A stretch of 64,000 nt of DNA from Octopus vulgaris (lineage: Eukaryota): the NCBI GenBank assembly GCA_951406725.2, contig OX597824.1:3472001-3536000 (forward strand). The letters are read 5' to 3'. The notes under the pieces were generated by a model. The model searched no databases and was not told where the DNA came from. It saw only the letters and a program-made list of their open reading frames with translations. Both the position numbers and the translations under genes were made by a program. Shown here piece by piece: positions 39,320 through 52,675 of the stretch (position 1 is the first letter of the stretch; each line of letters starts with the position of its first letter).

Positions 39320-39557
39320 GCCAAAAGCTGGCAGAATCATTAGAGTGCTGGGTAAAGTGGTATATCATCCATCTTTATGCTCTGAGTTCAAATTCAGCCA
39401 AGGTCAACTTTGCTTTTTATCCTTTCAGGGTTGAGAAATTAAGTACCAGTGAAACACTGGGGTCAATGTAATCAACTTGCCCCCTCCTCCAAAACTTCAA
39501 GCCTTGTGTCTTTAGTAGAAAGGATTACTATCATCATCATCATCATCATCATTATTA

Positions 39558-39594
<37 letters not shown>

Positions 39595-39810
39595 GGTGGC
39601 AAACTTGCAGACTTGTTAGCAGACCTGGCCAAATGCTTGTCAGCATTTTGTCCATCTTTACATTCTGGGTTCAAATGCCGCTGGGATTTACTTTGCCTTT
39701 CATCCTTTGGGGTCAATAAAATGAGTACCAGTCAAGTGCTGAGGTCAATGTAATGACTATCTCCCCTCCGCTCAAATTCCGAGCCTTGTGCCTATAGTAG
39801 AAAGGATTAT
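39320..39810 (+). mobile_element. Two diverged SINE family A variant copies
   Basis: gagttcaaat...tttcatcctttggggtc...agtaccagt motif occurs twice. Confidence 0.7.
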
Positions 39811-40045
39811 TATTATTACTATTATTATATTCATAATGTATTTCCTACACTGTAATGAAACACGTCTTGTTTTAATACATACATATATGCTGCCTACACA
39901 CACATATACATACACATACAATCATCATCATCATCATCATTACCCTTACACAAACTCAGGCACAAACGTACATTTTTCTTTTACCAATTTCATTTACACG
40001 GCATTGGTCAGTCAAAGCTAATCTAGAAGACACTGGTCACCCAAG

Positions 40046-40209
40046 CACTCGCATAGCTAGACTGTAAGCCACCTGGGGTGGCCCTTCCGTTTGCTGCCCC
40101 CAAACCCCACAAAAAACCACATATTGCCTACAGCAGACCCAAAAGTAGCACCCCTTTAAAAGCGCTGCCCAGGGTAGACTGCCCCTATTGCCTCCCAGCA
40201 ACACTAGTG
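40046..40209. mobile_element. hAT-type MITE nested in a family C SINE
   Basis: 8-bp TSD cacccaag at 40038-40045 and 40210-40217; imperfect TIRs cact...agtg. Confidence 0.65.
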
Positions 40210-40815
40210 CACCCAAGCTACTGCAAGATGGGACTGAACCCAAAACCAAATAGTTAGAAACCAAACACTTCACCATACGTGCACGGATGCTGCTATCAAC
40301 CGCATCAGTGTGATCTGTCTGTGAGAGTTTGTAGAGCAGATAAAAGTCCTAGACCCTGGATGACCCCAAAAGACAGGGAAAATCTAGATGGAGTTTTGCC
40401 AACAACTGTGTAAACTGATGTAGAAAAAAGTGTTCTGGCCCCAAAACACAGTGAAACACTTGCAGTGATATTGAACTGGTAACCTACAGGCAAGTACTGC
40501 AGTATGTTATCTGCTTGGCCATCTTACCTTGACTGCCTACCTTTACCTTGTAGCTTTTTTTCCCATCCTCCATAACTGCTTGGCTACAACGTAATAAATA
40601 ATAAATTATTTGTATAGTCACTGCTGTCCCGAATGGCTTGCTATTTAGTTACCATGGTGACAGAAGCAGTGGTGGGGTGGGGATGAGATGAGGGAAAGAC
40701 GGAGGAAGGGTGAGGAGGGCGTGAATGGAACAAATTGCAAGCGAAAAGAAGGAGAGGAAGAGTGAGAGAGAAGCAAAGAGAAGGAAGTAGAGAAGGAAAT
40801 AACAGGAGAGGGAGC

Positions 40816-40866
<51 letters not shown>

Positions 40867-41459
40867 CAATGCCCTAAATAGAGCGCAGCAATGCTTACAA
40901 CAAATATAATTATGCATTTGTTAATAGTAAAAACAAGCAAAAAGCAAAAGCAAAAAAGCAGCAAATAGGTTTAATATTCCATGTGGGAGTTATTGTACAG
41001 GTGGTTAAATATATAAACAGGGATATTATTAACATACTGAAAATATTTTGGAATAATGATGATGATGATGATAATGATGATGATCATCATCATCATCGTT
41101 GTCACCTGCTCAGTCCATGCCTCTTTGCATGCTGGTATGGGCCAAGCAAGTCATTTTGGTTCAAGTCAGTTTGGTTAATTAGAGTTACTGAGTCCCTAGA
41201 TTGGTTAGGGGTCGGGGGGGACCATGTTCCAGTAGAAAATTTTATTTTGTTGGTTTCTATGGCTGGATGCTCTTCCTAACACCAACCACTTTATGCAATG
41301 TTCTAGATGCATTTTATCATCAAACTCTAAAGAAATGGTCTTGTCCTTCACAGGACATTAATAATTGCTGCCCCTGAGTTGCTGTCCGAGCAAAAGTATT
41401 CTTCATTCTTGTTATAATTGGTACTTTTGGCATTTTTTTTTCCTTTCAATTGTATTTGT

Positions 41460-42400
41460 TAAAGTGATTAACTGGTACCGAAATTTCGCTGGCATTTCAA
41501 AAGGATTACATGAAAGTTACCAGCATGTTACAGAAGAATATCCCCGTTCCAAACATATATTCCCTTAGCCACCTATTGTAGTCTTTAGAGAGTATATAAA
41601 TATAAGAGAACTATTAGCCTCTACTTCTAACTCCAAGACAACTAACATTGAAGTTTCTGCCCATTGTACCTTGGAAAACAGCCACAAGAGAGATAAACCC
41701 TGTTCATTATGCAACAACATGAGTCAAGTCAATTCCATTGGGAATCATAACAGAAATGTTATGATTTACATGGAAGGCGGGACGTGTAGAGATTCCCATT
41801 GGGTGTACAAAGTAGAATGCACTAAACACAACTTGATTTATGTTGGTTGTACAAGGGAACAATTATATAAAAGATTTAACGAGCACAGATACGAAGTCAG
41901 GCACAATAACAGTGGTTTGATAGAACTTGTTGAACATTTTGCTTCAAACGGCTGCAATTTTGAAAAAGACTTGAAAGTGTATATTCTCAGAAAATATTCT
42001 GAGTCTGCTTCACTTTCAGTCCTCAAAATGCATGAGAAGAAATATTTTTGTGAGTTATTAACATCACACCCTTGAGGAATGAATAAAATAACAGGAGAAT
42101 CTCATATTTCCACAAAACTGTTTGATTAAATATTTTTCTATTCCTTTCTTCTTTTCTTTTCTCTTTTTATCTTTCTTTTTATTTTTGCCAGTTGTAAACT
42201 TGAAATTGAAGACTGATGATGTCATTCCATCAACGTGGGGACACTGGTTGCCCTCATTTATATTTTGGATTTGAATTTTTATAATTTTGAATTTCTATGT
42301 ATCACTTATCCTTTTGAACTCGACAAAGACAGGCTGTCGCAATATCGTTCAACCAACAAACTCTCTCTTGCAATCACATCGTACTCTTCATATTGTCTAC
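41460..42400 (+). mobile_element. Penelope-like element 3' fragment (GIY-YIG endonuclease pseudogene plus pLTR)
   Basis: PPIVVFREYINIRELL linker, CxxC, VYKVECTKHNLIYVGCTREQLYKRFNEHR, VEHF, E..LLTSHP*GMN; stops present; hammerhead relics downstream. Confidence 0.85.
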
Positions 42401-42453
42401 TTACCTTTTTGAAAAGTTACATCAATCCTTTTGAAATAATAATAATAAAGCAA

Positions 42454-42615
42454 CCACTACACTCTCGGAGTGGTTGGCGTTAGGAAGGGCATCCAGCTGT
42501 AGAAACACTGCCAGATCAGACTGGGCCTAGCGCAGCCTCCTGGCTTCCCAGACCCCAGTTGAACTGTCCAACCCATGCTAGCATGGAAAGCGGACGTTAA
42601 ACGATGATGATGATG
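42454..42615 (+). mobile_element. Family B element (truncated)
   Basis: Homology to other copies. Confidence 0.8.
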
Positions 42616-44409
42616 AATGACAATAATTATCCTTTCTACTATGGGTACAAAGCCTAAAATTTTGTGGGAGTAGGTAGTCAATCACATTGACCCCAATAAT
42701 TGATTGGTACATAGATTATCAATTCCAAAAGGATGAAAGGCAAAGTTGATCTTTGTGGGTTTTGAACTCAGTATGTCAAGAATCAAAATGAATACTATAA
42801 AGCACTTTTTCTGCTATTCTAACAATTCAGTTTGATCAAAGTAGTAGTAGTAGTAGTAATAGTACATTTGTAAAATTATGCTAGTATTTTGTAATAAAGC
42901 CTTTCATTATTATCTTTGTTGTTGTGTGTGTGTGAGTTTGGCCATATTTTACTGACCTAGTTTAATGTAGTTACTAGGTCAGTAAAATAAGCCCCAGTCA
43001 CAAGCACTGGGGTTGATGTAATCGACTTACCCCAGCCCCTGAAATTTCTGGCCTTCTGCTGAAATCGGAAACCAATTTGTGATTTATCATTATTATTATT
43101 AAAGAATGCAGTCAGCTGGCAGAATGGTTAGCAGCATTTCGTCCATCTTTACATTCTGAGTTCAAATTCCATCAAGGTTGACTTTGCCTTTCAGGGTCAA
43201 TGAAATAAGTACCAGTTATACACTGGGGTTGATATAATCATCTAGCCCCCTTCTCCTCTCAAAAAATGTTGAAAGCTTTTGCTTAAAGTAGAAATAATTG
43301 TTATTATGATTAAAATACTTTACTCCCATGAAATGTATGGGGAGCTTCTTTCTAGTTTTATGGCCACTAACTCACACGTACACACACCTGTGCACATATA
43401 TGCTTATATGCATATATTTGTACATACACACACACACACACACACACACATGCGCGCGCACACACGCAAATACATGCACTCATATAATGTGTGTGTTCTA
43501 GAAATTAAAAATATCGGTCTTCTGAGATTCCATCTGATTCACCTTCAGTGTCAGCAAGTGAAGTAAAGGGCTTTAATTATATCACTGCACTAACCTGTGA
43601 CTAACATTGTTTTTGGTGTGTGTACGTAGGATGGACAGACAAGTGTGTATGTGTGAGAGAGGGACAGACAGTGTGCATGTGTGTGTATGTGTGTGGGAGT
43701 GTGGGAGTGCTTTTGTTTATATTTCCACTGGGTAATAATTATATTATAAATTAGCTGAAAATAAAAATGAATTATAAGTTGGCAAAACCTTTTAACCATG
43801 AAGCGAAATGTTCTGCAGGATTTAGTTACGATCCTGTATTTTATCTCCAAGTTTAAACCCTGCCAAAACCAACTTCGTCTGTTATCATTCTGTGCTTAAT
43901 GAAATAAAGTACGAGTTAATAAATAATAAAATGAAGTACTAGTGAAGTACTGGAGTTGATTTAATCTTTCTAGCTACTTCTTTATTATCATCCAAACATC
44001 TATGTTTCACGCTGGCCTGGATGGGGTCATTGTGCTCTGCTGTCCACTTTAGCATGGTTTTTCACAAGTGGATGCTTTTCTAAATGCCATCCACTTTACA
44101 TTTTGTACTGGATGCTTTCTGCATATCACTGGCATTTATCAGGACACCATACAGTTTGCCAGATTATGAACAGCAAGACAGGCAGCTTTATGTTAGGAAA
44201 TATCAGATTAAGGTATGAGGGATATATATACATATATATATATATATTTAGATGTATGTATATATATATATATATTTGTATATGTAAATACACACACATA
44301 TATAGACAGATCATCATCATCAACATCATCACCATTTAATGTCTATGTTTGCAAGATCTGATGACTCCAAGGACCCCAGATCACAAATCCCTTCAGGTAG
44401 ATGGCCCTG

Positions 44410-44632
44410 CTGGCAGAAACGTTAGCACGCCGGGCAAAATGCGTAGCCGTATTTCATCTGCCGTTACGTTCTGAGTTCAAATTCCGCTGAGGTCGATTTT
44501 ACCTTTCATCCTTTTGGGGTTGATTAAATAAGTACCAGTTTAGCACTGGGGTCGATATAATCGACTTAATCCATTTGTCTGTCCTTGTTTGTCCTCTCTG
44601 TGTTTAGCCCCTTGTGGGTAGTAAAGAAATAG
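44410..44632 (+). mobile_element. SINE family A
   Basis: Homology to other copies; imperfect TSD tagatgg(c/t)cctgct. Confidence 0.85.
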
Positions 44633-44798
44633 ATAGATGGTCCTGCTTGATGTGTGGAAAAGACATAAATAGAAACTCTGTAATATGTACCCAGTGCAAG
44701 ATATGGACACATAAGAGATGCAGCAATATCAGGGGAAGGTTAACAGGGAAAATAGTCTTTGTGTGTGTGACAGATGAACAGGTACAATAAACACAAGA

Positions 44799-45028
44799 GC
44801 TGGCTAGCTGGCAGAAACATTAGCACACCGGGCGAAATGCTTAGCGCTATTTCGTCTGCCATTACATTGTGAGTTCAAATTCCGCCATGGTCAACTTTGC
44901 CTTTCATCCTTTCGGTGTCGATAAATTAAGTACCAGTTGCGCACTGGGGTCGATGTAATCGACTTAATACCTATGTCTGTCCTTGTTTGTCCCCTCTATG
45001 TTTAGCCCCTTGTGGGTAGTAAAGAAAT
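44799..45028 (+). mobile_element. SINE family A
   Basis: 19-bp TSD aggtacaataaacacaaga at 44780-44798 and 45029-45047. Confidence 0.9.
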
Positions 45029-45120
45029 AGGTACAATAAACACAAGAATGTACGTAAATAGACACTGTCAAATGCCAGGTGTGATACTTAGAAGTAGTTG
45101 ATAACTTCTTCCATTACCTA

Positions 45121-45629
45121 TGTAGCGGTAGCCAGATAGCAAATGATCTCCCTTGCAAGAAAGATTATAGAATAATCTTCCTTTCTAAGTTTCTTGAAGC
45201 ATCTGTGTCATGAGACATGATTCTTAATTATTCAAATAGCTTAGCATTCCTCTTGGAAGTTTCTAGAATGTCTAGCATTCCATTAATAAAAACACCTTGC
45301 TAACCCTGCTCTTTGCTTCTTAGTCGATTAGACTTAGAGCCATTCATGTCATTGCTATGTCTGTCTATTTCTCAATGCCACAGACTGAAATTCACCACTT
45401 AGCTATTATTTCTACATTTTTCCATCTCTAAACTTTCTTGCATAGATTACTTCATTCAGCTAGACACTACATATTAATTCAATGTATCATCATCGACCAG
45501 TAAATAAAATAAGTTTTTATATAATAAATATGTTGTTCTTGAATTTATTCTTCATCTCTGTATGAATTCTTGTAATAACATACACTCAGCCACATCAACA
45601 CCTTGTACTGACTATATAGTTCCACTACA
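45121..45629. mobile_element. Solo LTR (Ty3/Gypsy-like), 509 bp
   Basis: TGTAGCGG...CCACTACA termini, 4-bp TSD ccta (45117-45120, 45630-45633); removing it restores the RTE frame FHYLGDQ; internal aataaa. Confidence 0.8.
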
Positions 45630-46985
45630 CCTAGGTGACCAAGTCAGCAGTGAAAGGGGATGCTCCAAGGATATAGCTGCTAGAATAAGATTAGGGTGGG
45701 TAAAGTTCAAAGATCTACCTTTGTTGGTAATTAAGGGCCTCTCCCTCAGAGTGAAAGGCAGATTGTATGATGCCTGTGTGCCAACAGCCATGCTGCACGG
45801 CAGTACAACATGGGCTGCAACTGCAGAGAACATGCAAAGGCTTGAAAGAAATGAAGCCAGTATGCTTTGCTGAATGACCAATGTCAGTGTTCATGTATGA
45901 CAGAGGGTAAGTATCTTGAGAGCAAAGTTGGACATAAGAGCCATCAGATGCGGTGTACAAGAGAGACGACCGTGCTGTATGGTCATGTGATGCATATAGA
46001 TGAGGACAACTGTGTAAAGAAGTGCTGCCTCAGCTTTTTAGGACCAGCAATTTTTTGGGGAGAAGGTAACTGAATTACATTGACCCCAGTACCCAACTGG
46101 TACTTATTTTATCGACCCCTCAGTGAAATTTGAACTCAGAATGTAAAGATGGATAAAATGCCACTAAGCAATTTTGCCTTGTGTGTTAATGATTCTGCCA
46201 ATAATAATAATGATAATAATAATAATAATAATAATAATCAATAGTAACAAACAATAAGAAGAAGAACAATAATGGCGACAATAATCTTAGACTCATCTCC
46301 AAATTATTCTGATTTATGGATGTAAATAAATGATAAAGTCACTAAAAAACAAAATGAGAGAATAATACCAGATTGGAGAAAGTTCACTTTTAAATATGGC
46401 CTTTGTTGGAAAACTATCAACTTGTGTTTATGTGTTGGCTCTGAAGAAATATAATTTTAGTTCCTCTTATAGATTATACTTAGCATCGGCAGTGATTGCT
46501 AGTCTTTTTTTAAGTCAAAATAAAGCCTTAGGGACCCGTTGAATTTGGCAGCAGATTTAATGCTTCCAATTTGGGCCTTTTGTAAATATGCTTCTTATAG
46601 TGTACATTGTTAATTTGCTTTAATTAATTTTTGATATAATCAGTAATTTGAAAGGATTTAGTATAACTGAATTTTTGGTGATTAAACTGGTATTTGGAGG
46701 AAGGTCTGCCTATGCGGTTAAGTAGTTAGCTTCACTCAATGCCAGCTCAAGGTACTGGCAACTCGGGGGAAGTCATGCCAAGGAGGGCATGACAAAGACA
46801 AAGGAATTTCCATGACCATCAGCTTGCCAGCAACCATAGGGCCAGCCCTGGCTTCACTACTAAGTATTTTAAAGTTCAGTCCCAGAGGGCAGCACCTTGA
46901 GCAAGGGTCTTTTCCTGTTATAGCCCTGGGCCAGCCAAGACCTTATGAGAGAATTTGGTAGATGAAAACTGAATAGAAGCCCAGC

Positions 46986-47045
<60 letters not shown>

Positions 47046-47435
47046 CTTACTTGACTCATTCTTGACAGGATCACCACACACATCATAAATGACATCTATG
47101 TTTTGTTTGCACTCTTCTTTTCGGTGATGCAAGTGGTGGACTTATCCAATCATCAGCATTTCAAAACCAAAACACTGCTATGCACCAGTATCATTCAGGT
47201 TCTGCTTTTTGCAGACTATTACTGCACTAGTAGTGGCCTCCCTAGAGGAATCTTAGGAACTTCTAGACTGATTTTCTCCTGATGATTGGGGTGGCATCTT
47301 GAGAGGGGTTCTAGGGAAACACGGAATGATTTAGGAACCCGAAGATGTACCTCATGAATCACGTGTAGCCAAGTAATAAAACAGTAGGTATTTAAAATAA
47401 AAATAAAAATTCTTTTTATTTGGTCTACTATCTCT

Positions 47436-47466
<31 letters not shown>

Positions 47467-49377
47467 TAATAAGTGTAGGTGGCATACGAGTGGGTATATA
47501 TTTATAAAAAAGAAGTTTGAAAACGCCACTATATGAGATAAATTTTAATTTTCTTAGAGATTTTACCTGTTTTGGTTCTTCTTGAAAAAACGAACATTAT
47601 CAAAAATATTTTTAAAAGTTAAGTGTAATAAAAATGTTCATAATTGTTTCTTATTAGTCTCAACAAAGTCCACGTGGTGTTGTTTTGTGGGGAGGAGGAT
47701 AATGGCTGTCTTGTGCATAGACTAGAATCATTGGCTGTTATTGTGAAAGTGTATATATTTATATATACATATATATATCATGAAAGTGTATATATTTATA
47801 TATACATATATTTACACATACATACACACACCTATATTTAAAAGTTTTTGCAAAACTTGATTTTTCTTAAAAGTTATTTTCTATTAAAAAGAAATCTTAG
47901 GAAAACAGATTGCACCAAATTTCCTTTACGAGGAATAGGGTCCACCTATAGCTAAAATAGGTGAGTGCATTGAACAAGGTTGAACAGAATGAGAGCAAAA
48001 TTCAACCATCTGATTCCAAACTTCATAACTATACAACCAGTGTAGCACAAACCGCTTCCATCATTATTTCAGCCAATATCCAACCACAAAAAAAATGTGA
48101 CACTTTCTATCCAATATATTCATTTTATTGGTTTACTTCAAAGTCAATTTTTGCAGCACAGAAACTTTGGAAGCAAAGAAATTCAAATATTTTACCAATA
48201 ATTATCAAGAAAAATGAATGAATAAATGTTGATCTCTTTTTTTACTGTTTGATTTTGAAAATTTTGCATTATTTCTTTTTTCTTTAACAAATTTGATGGA
48301 AATGGTAATTAACCAAAAGGTTAATGAATACATTTTTCTCCCCAATATTTGTATATATTTTCTAGCACTAATTATTCTCACCCCCAATATTTGAGAGAAA
48401 TTGCATTGATATCCATGTGTTTGAACAAATTCCTATCATTGTTCATTATTCCCATAACTGATATTGTTTGCCAAAGCAAACTATCTTCGCAGATAAACTG
48501 ACTTGAACTAAATCAAGTATTTGATATCTAAATAATAAATGCATAACCTAGCTCTGTTGAACAATAAATTCAATAGACCCCCAGGTCACATATTGATATG
48601 CAAATATTAAATTCTTTGTTCAACAGAGCTGGGTCATGTACTTAATAGCTGAAAATTAAATGGAGCAAACTATATATTGATTTTTTGTTTTTTATGGAAA
48701 ACATAATCAGTTGCTCTCAAAATGAACTGCCATAGAAACAGGGCAAAGTCTAGAATCGGTGAGGATCTGTGTGTGCGGCAATGGAAAAGGTAAATGCAAG
48801 GGGTGATTGTTGAGAGATCCCTATAAGTTTGAGAGTCAGGACTTGTGGAAAAAGTTGGTGTTTTTTAGTTAAGGCTCTTCACCAAAAGAATCTCTAATAA
48901 TGAGTGAATTGCAGTAGCTTATTCCTTCTAAAGAATGGTCTATTTAGCCTGAAACTTAAAGTCATGGAAAAGAAGCAATATTTATTGATCATACTGTATT
49001 ATTACCTCTTTAAAATGTCGAGTTAGTCATGCTAATCAGAACAGACTGGGATGAAGAGGAGGAAACAAAGAGATGTTCATGGATTGACTCATGCTAAGAA
49101 TGGTAAAGGTGAAAAAGGATTAAGAATGAAGAACATCGAATGAATAGAAAACAACATGAACATTAATGAACACATGCAGGGAAATAGAGATGTAGGTCAC
49201 TGCTAGTTTTGGGGGAAAGATGTTTGGTTGGGAAAAAGTGAGGTCTTAAATTTTCCATGAAAGCAACTGGAAAGCTTTTGTGAAGGGCAGTTGAGGAATG
49301 AGATTTTAATCCAAAGTATATGATAGCCCTCCATGCTGCAAAAATTGCTAAGATTATTGGTCACCATGTATTTAGAC

Positions 49378-49765
49378 CCTGTGCTTGAGGAGACCTATTG
49401 AGTCAACTACATCAACATCAAAAATCAATGGAAATTGTAGTTGTGATCCCTGTGCCGGTGGCATGTAAAAAGCACCATCCAAACGTGGCTGATGCCAGTG
49501 TCACCTTGACTGGCTTCCATGCCGGTGGCATGTAAAAAGCACCAACCGATTGGAGCCGTTGCCAGCCTTCCTTGGCACCTGTGCCGGTGGCACATAAAAA
49601 GCACCCACTACACTCACAGAGTGGTTGGCGTTAGGAAGGGCATCCAGCTGTAGAAACACTGCCAGATCAGACTGGAGCCTGGTGCAGCCTTCTGGCTTCC
49701 CAGACCCTGGTTGAACCGTCCAACCCATGCTAGCATGGAGAACGGACGTTAAACGATGATGATGA
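49378..49765 (+). mobile_element. Family B element, full length
   Basis: 5' end ctgtgcttgaggagacc shared with the 8997-9263 copy; three 5' modules; (GAT)n tail. Confidence 0.8.
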
Positions 49766-51110
49766 TTCTTTTTTAAGATGAAAAGGAATGTATTCGGTTC
49801 TCCTATAATGATCAAAATGTATAGAACTAAAGAAGTTTGTTTGCTTCTGTTTTGCCATTCTAAAAAATGCTTTAAATAAGTCAGAGGTCCGACCAACATG
49901 AGCTTTAGATTTGGTAGTGTTGACTGTACATAGGTGTTCTGTATTCTATACCAAACATTTAGGATGAAGAGCTATTGGTGGTATCAGTCCAAGTTCAGTG
50001 GTTGGAATATTCCTGGTTTTCTCCTATTAAGTTTTGTCTTCCATGTCTTTGGAAACTGACTTTCTGCATTTTGAAATGTTGTGATATAAACACGGAATTC
50101 TTTTAACCTGATGAACAAGCTTACTATCTGCATTCATTTTAAAATTGTATACATATACCAATAGACATGTAAATAATATATTAATTATTATAAAATTTAA
50201 TAAAATAGATTATTCATACATGTTTATTAAACTGCAAAACAATTCCTGTTAAATATGAATATCCATTGGTAAAATCAATTTTGTCATTGTTTATTTCTCT
50301 CTTTATTAATATTTTTATACATGTTTTACATTTGTATCATACTTTATACTGCGTTTATGTGTAGAATGAAACATTGAGAAAGTTTTTTATCAGTGCCACC
50401 GGATTATTGAATCCATATATTGTGACTTGGGTGTGTGGGGGTAAGGTTGAAGGTGAATTCCTCAATATGCCTTGGTACAGTACACATTACCAGATACTTT
50501 GGGCTTAGAATTCTACTCCTACATCCATGTCTACTCCATAACTGTCCTATCCAAGCAGCGATGGACTAGATTGCTATCAATAACGAGTCACATAATATTT
50601 TAATAATAACAAAACCACTTATATTTTGAATACATTTAATGTATTAGTTTCATGATGTTATGCAGAAAACCACTCTCGTCTGTTGTTACCACTTGTAACA
50701 ACTGAAGATGATGGTTATCTGCATAACATGCTGTTACATAACCACTTGATACACATGTACTAATGCCTTCATAATGTCAGTAACTTGTGTGTGTGTGTGT
50801 GTGTGTCTGTGCACACAGAAGGAGAGAGATTGATACAGACAGGGAGGCAGATATACCTAAACATATACACACATACATCTGTTCATTCACCTTCAAATAT
50901 CTTATTATTGACTTCCTTCTTTTATCAAATTAAAAAAACAAACAAAAAAAAAAGAATCCATATAATTCTATTTTCTCCCCAAATGTTTATTTTTGAATGA
51001 TAAAACTAAATATCTCTTTTGTTCATTTGCAGACTTTTAATTTATTGCTAAATTGGAATGAATTTCAATGTGGGGATGACCAGCTGAGACAGACATCCTT
51101 GCAAGACGCA

Positions 51111-51380
51111 ATGAGTTTGAGGAATGCCATACGAGCTCGATTCCGAAACGCAGACAAATCTGAGAGGGGAGCTGGGCCCACGGCTGTGGGAGCAACAGGT
51201 TGTGGAGGCAGTGTTGGTGTCGGTGGCAGCATTGGGGAAGAGAAGGAAAAAGACAAGGAGAAAGACGAAGAAATTTCTTCAGCACCAAGTTCAACGATGA
51301 CTCCAGCAGTGAATTCATCCAATCGTAAAGTCTCTCGTCCAGGCAAAATGAACATCCCAAAAGATGAAGAAGACACAAGT
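51111..51380 (+). CDS. GRAMD4: First coding exon portion (exon starts 51033) of a probable GRAM domain-containing protein 4-like gene
   Basis: Acceptor tttgcag at 51026-51032; MSLRNAIRARFRNADK...DEEDTS in higher-GC non-repeat sequence; phase-0 donor AGT|GTAGGG matches the next exon. The N-terminus recalls GRAMD4 (MLRRLDKIRFRG). Symbol is tentative. Confidence 0.6.
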
Positions 51381-51456
51381 GTAGGGAATTTTTGCATTTC
51401 ATCTTTTTTTCTTTCATTTATTCAAAATATCAGGAATATTGTTTATATTAGTTGAA

Positions 51457-51952
51457 CTGGTGTCCTCACCATGATTGCTGGTTCCACTGTATTTTGGTTT
51501 TTGTATGCTCCAACCTTCATCAGGTGTTTTGTGCTGAATTCAGTTGTTGTCTCAGAATTTCAAACCTAACCCTTTCTTTGATGGGGGTACACTGTTCTCA
51601 TTCTGCTCTTTGCACTTTGTGACTTTTTTTTTACTTGAATAGATTTTTTGTGGAGTACTTTATTGCCTTACTTGGAATTGAACTCAGAAACTCTAGGTGA
51701 CTGCATTTCCTTAACCAACATCTTATACAATGCCCAGTACTTCACAAAAAATCAACTGAAGCAAAGAAAAGGATAAAGGGTCATGAAATGCAGAGAACAG
51801 AATGAGAACAGTGTACCCCTATCGATCAAAAATAAAGGGTTAGGTTTGAAATTCTGACACAATTGGATTCAACACAAAACACCTGAAGACAGCTGGAGAG
51901 TAGAACAGCTGAAACACTGTGAAAGTAACAATCAAGATGAGGAGAACACCAG
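51457..51952. mobile_element. Diverged inverted pair of Penelope pLTR-like sequence with hammerhead relics
   Basis: Arms about 51457-51630 / 51770-51952. Right arm acac-CTGAAGA-c-AGCTG...CAGCT-GAAA at 51879-51914; left arm minus strand ctgatgaagg. Confidence 0.6.
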
Positions 51953-52307
51953 CCTGGCCCATGGAAACAATAAACACAAAATATGTGGAAGTTTAATTTA
52001 AAATATTTTTAATGACTTTGCTGTATTTCATGTTGTTTTTTTTCTCCGTTCTAAGTATTTTGAAATTATCGCTAAATTAAGTTGATGTGAAAAGTTTCAT
52101 TGAGACAGGTTTTCTTTAGCCTGATTGCCCTTCTTGTTTGCCAACCCTCACCTCTTTCCAAGCAAGATAATATTTCTTCATAGTCAGACATGCTTGCACA
52201 GAAAATTGGAAATGAATGACACTGCATGTATAATGGGGGGTTTTCATCAAAATGAGGACAGACAGATCGATGGACACACACACATACACATAAGTATATA
52301 TATATAT

Positions 52308-52620
52308 ATCATCATCATCATCATCATTTAGCGTCTGCTTTCCATGCTAGCATGGGTTGGACGGGTCAACTGGGGTCTGTGAAGCTGGAAGGCTTCGTCA
52401 GGCCCAGTCAGATCTGGCAGTGTTTCTACGGCTGGATGCCCTTCCTAACGCCAACCACTCCGCGAGTGTAGTGGGTGTTTTTACGTGCCACCTGCACAGG
52501 TGCCAGACAGAGCTGGCGAACGGCCACGAACGGATGGTGCTTTTACGTGTCACCGGCACGGGGCCAGGCGATGCTGGCAACAGACACGAACGGATGGTGC
52601 TTTTACGTGCCACCGACACC
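52308..52620 (-). mobile_element. Family B element
   Basis: Homology to other copies; three 5' modules. Confidence 0.8.
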
Positions 52621-52675
52621 AACATATATATATATATATATATAATCAAAATAAGCAACAAGTGTATCCAAGGTA

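Larger units (their letters stand above)
44340..46030 (+). mobile_element. RTE-clade LINE fragment interrupted by two SINEs and a solo LTR
   Basis: Rejoined: WSCLMCGKDINRNSVICTQCKIWTHKRCS...LEVVDN.FHYLGDQVSSERGCSKDIAARIRLGWVKFKDL...KGRLYDACVPTAMLHGSTTW. Confidence 0.8.

Noticed and set aside
41671-42075. Functional host GIY-YIG nuclease gene
   Set aside because: In-frame stops flank it (tag before PPIV, tga before GMN) and the context is a Penelope relic.
47560-47610. Another hammerhead relic (minus strand tgataatgttc...gaaccaaaacaggta)
   Set aside because: Too many core mismatches to support without a family consensus.
48720-50130. Possible old LINE fragments on the minus strand
   Set aside because: Only vague resemblance; no motif could be read reliably.
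51037-51417. Minus-strand ORFs over the exon
   Set aside because: Antisense shadows of the + strand exon, which has the splice signals.
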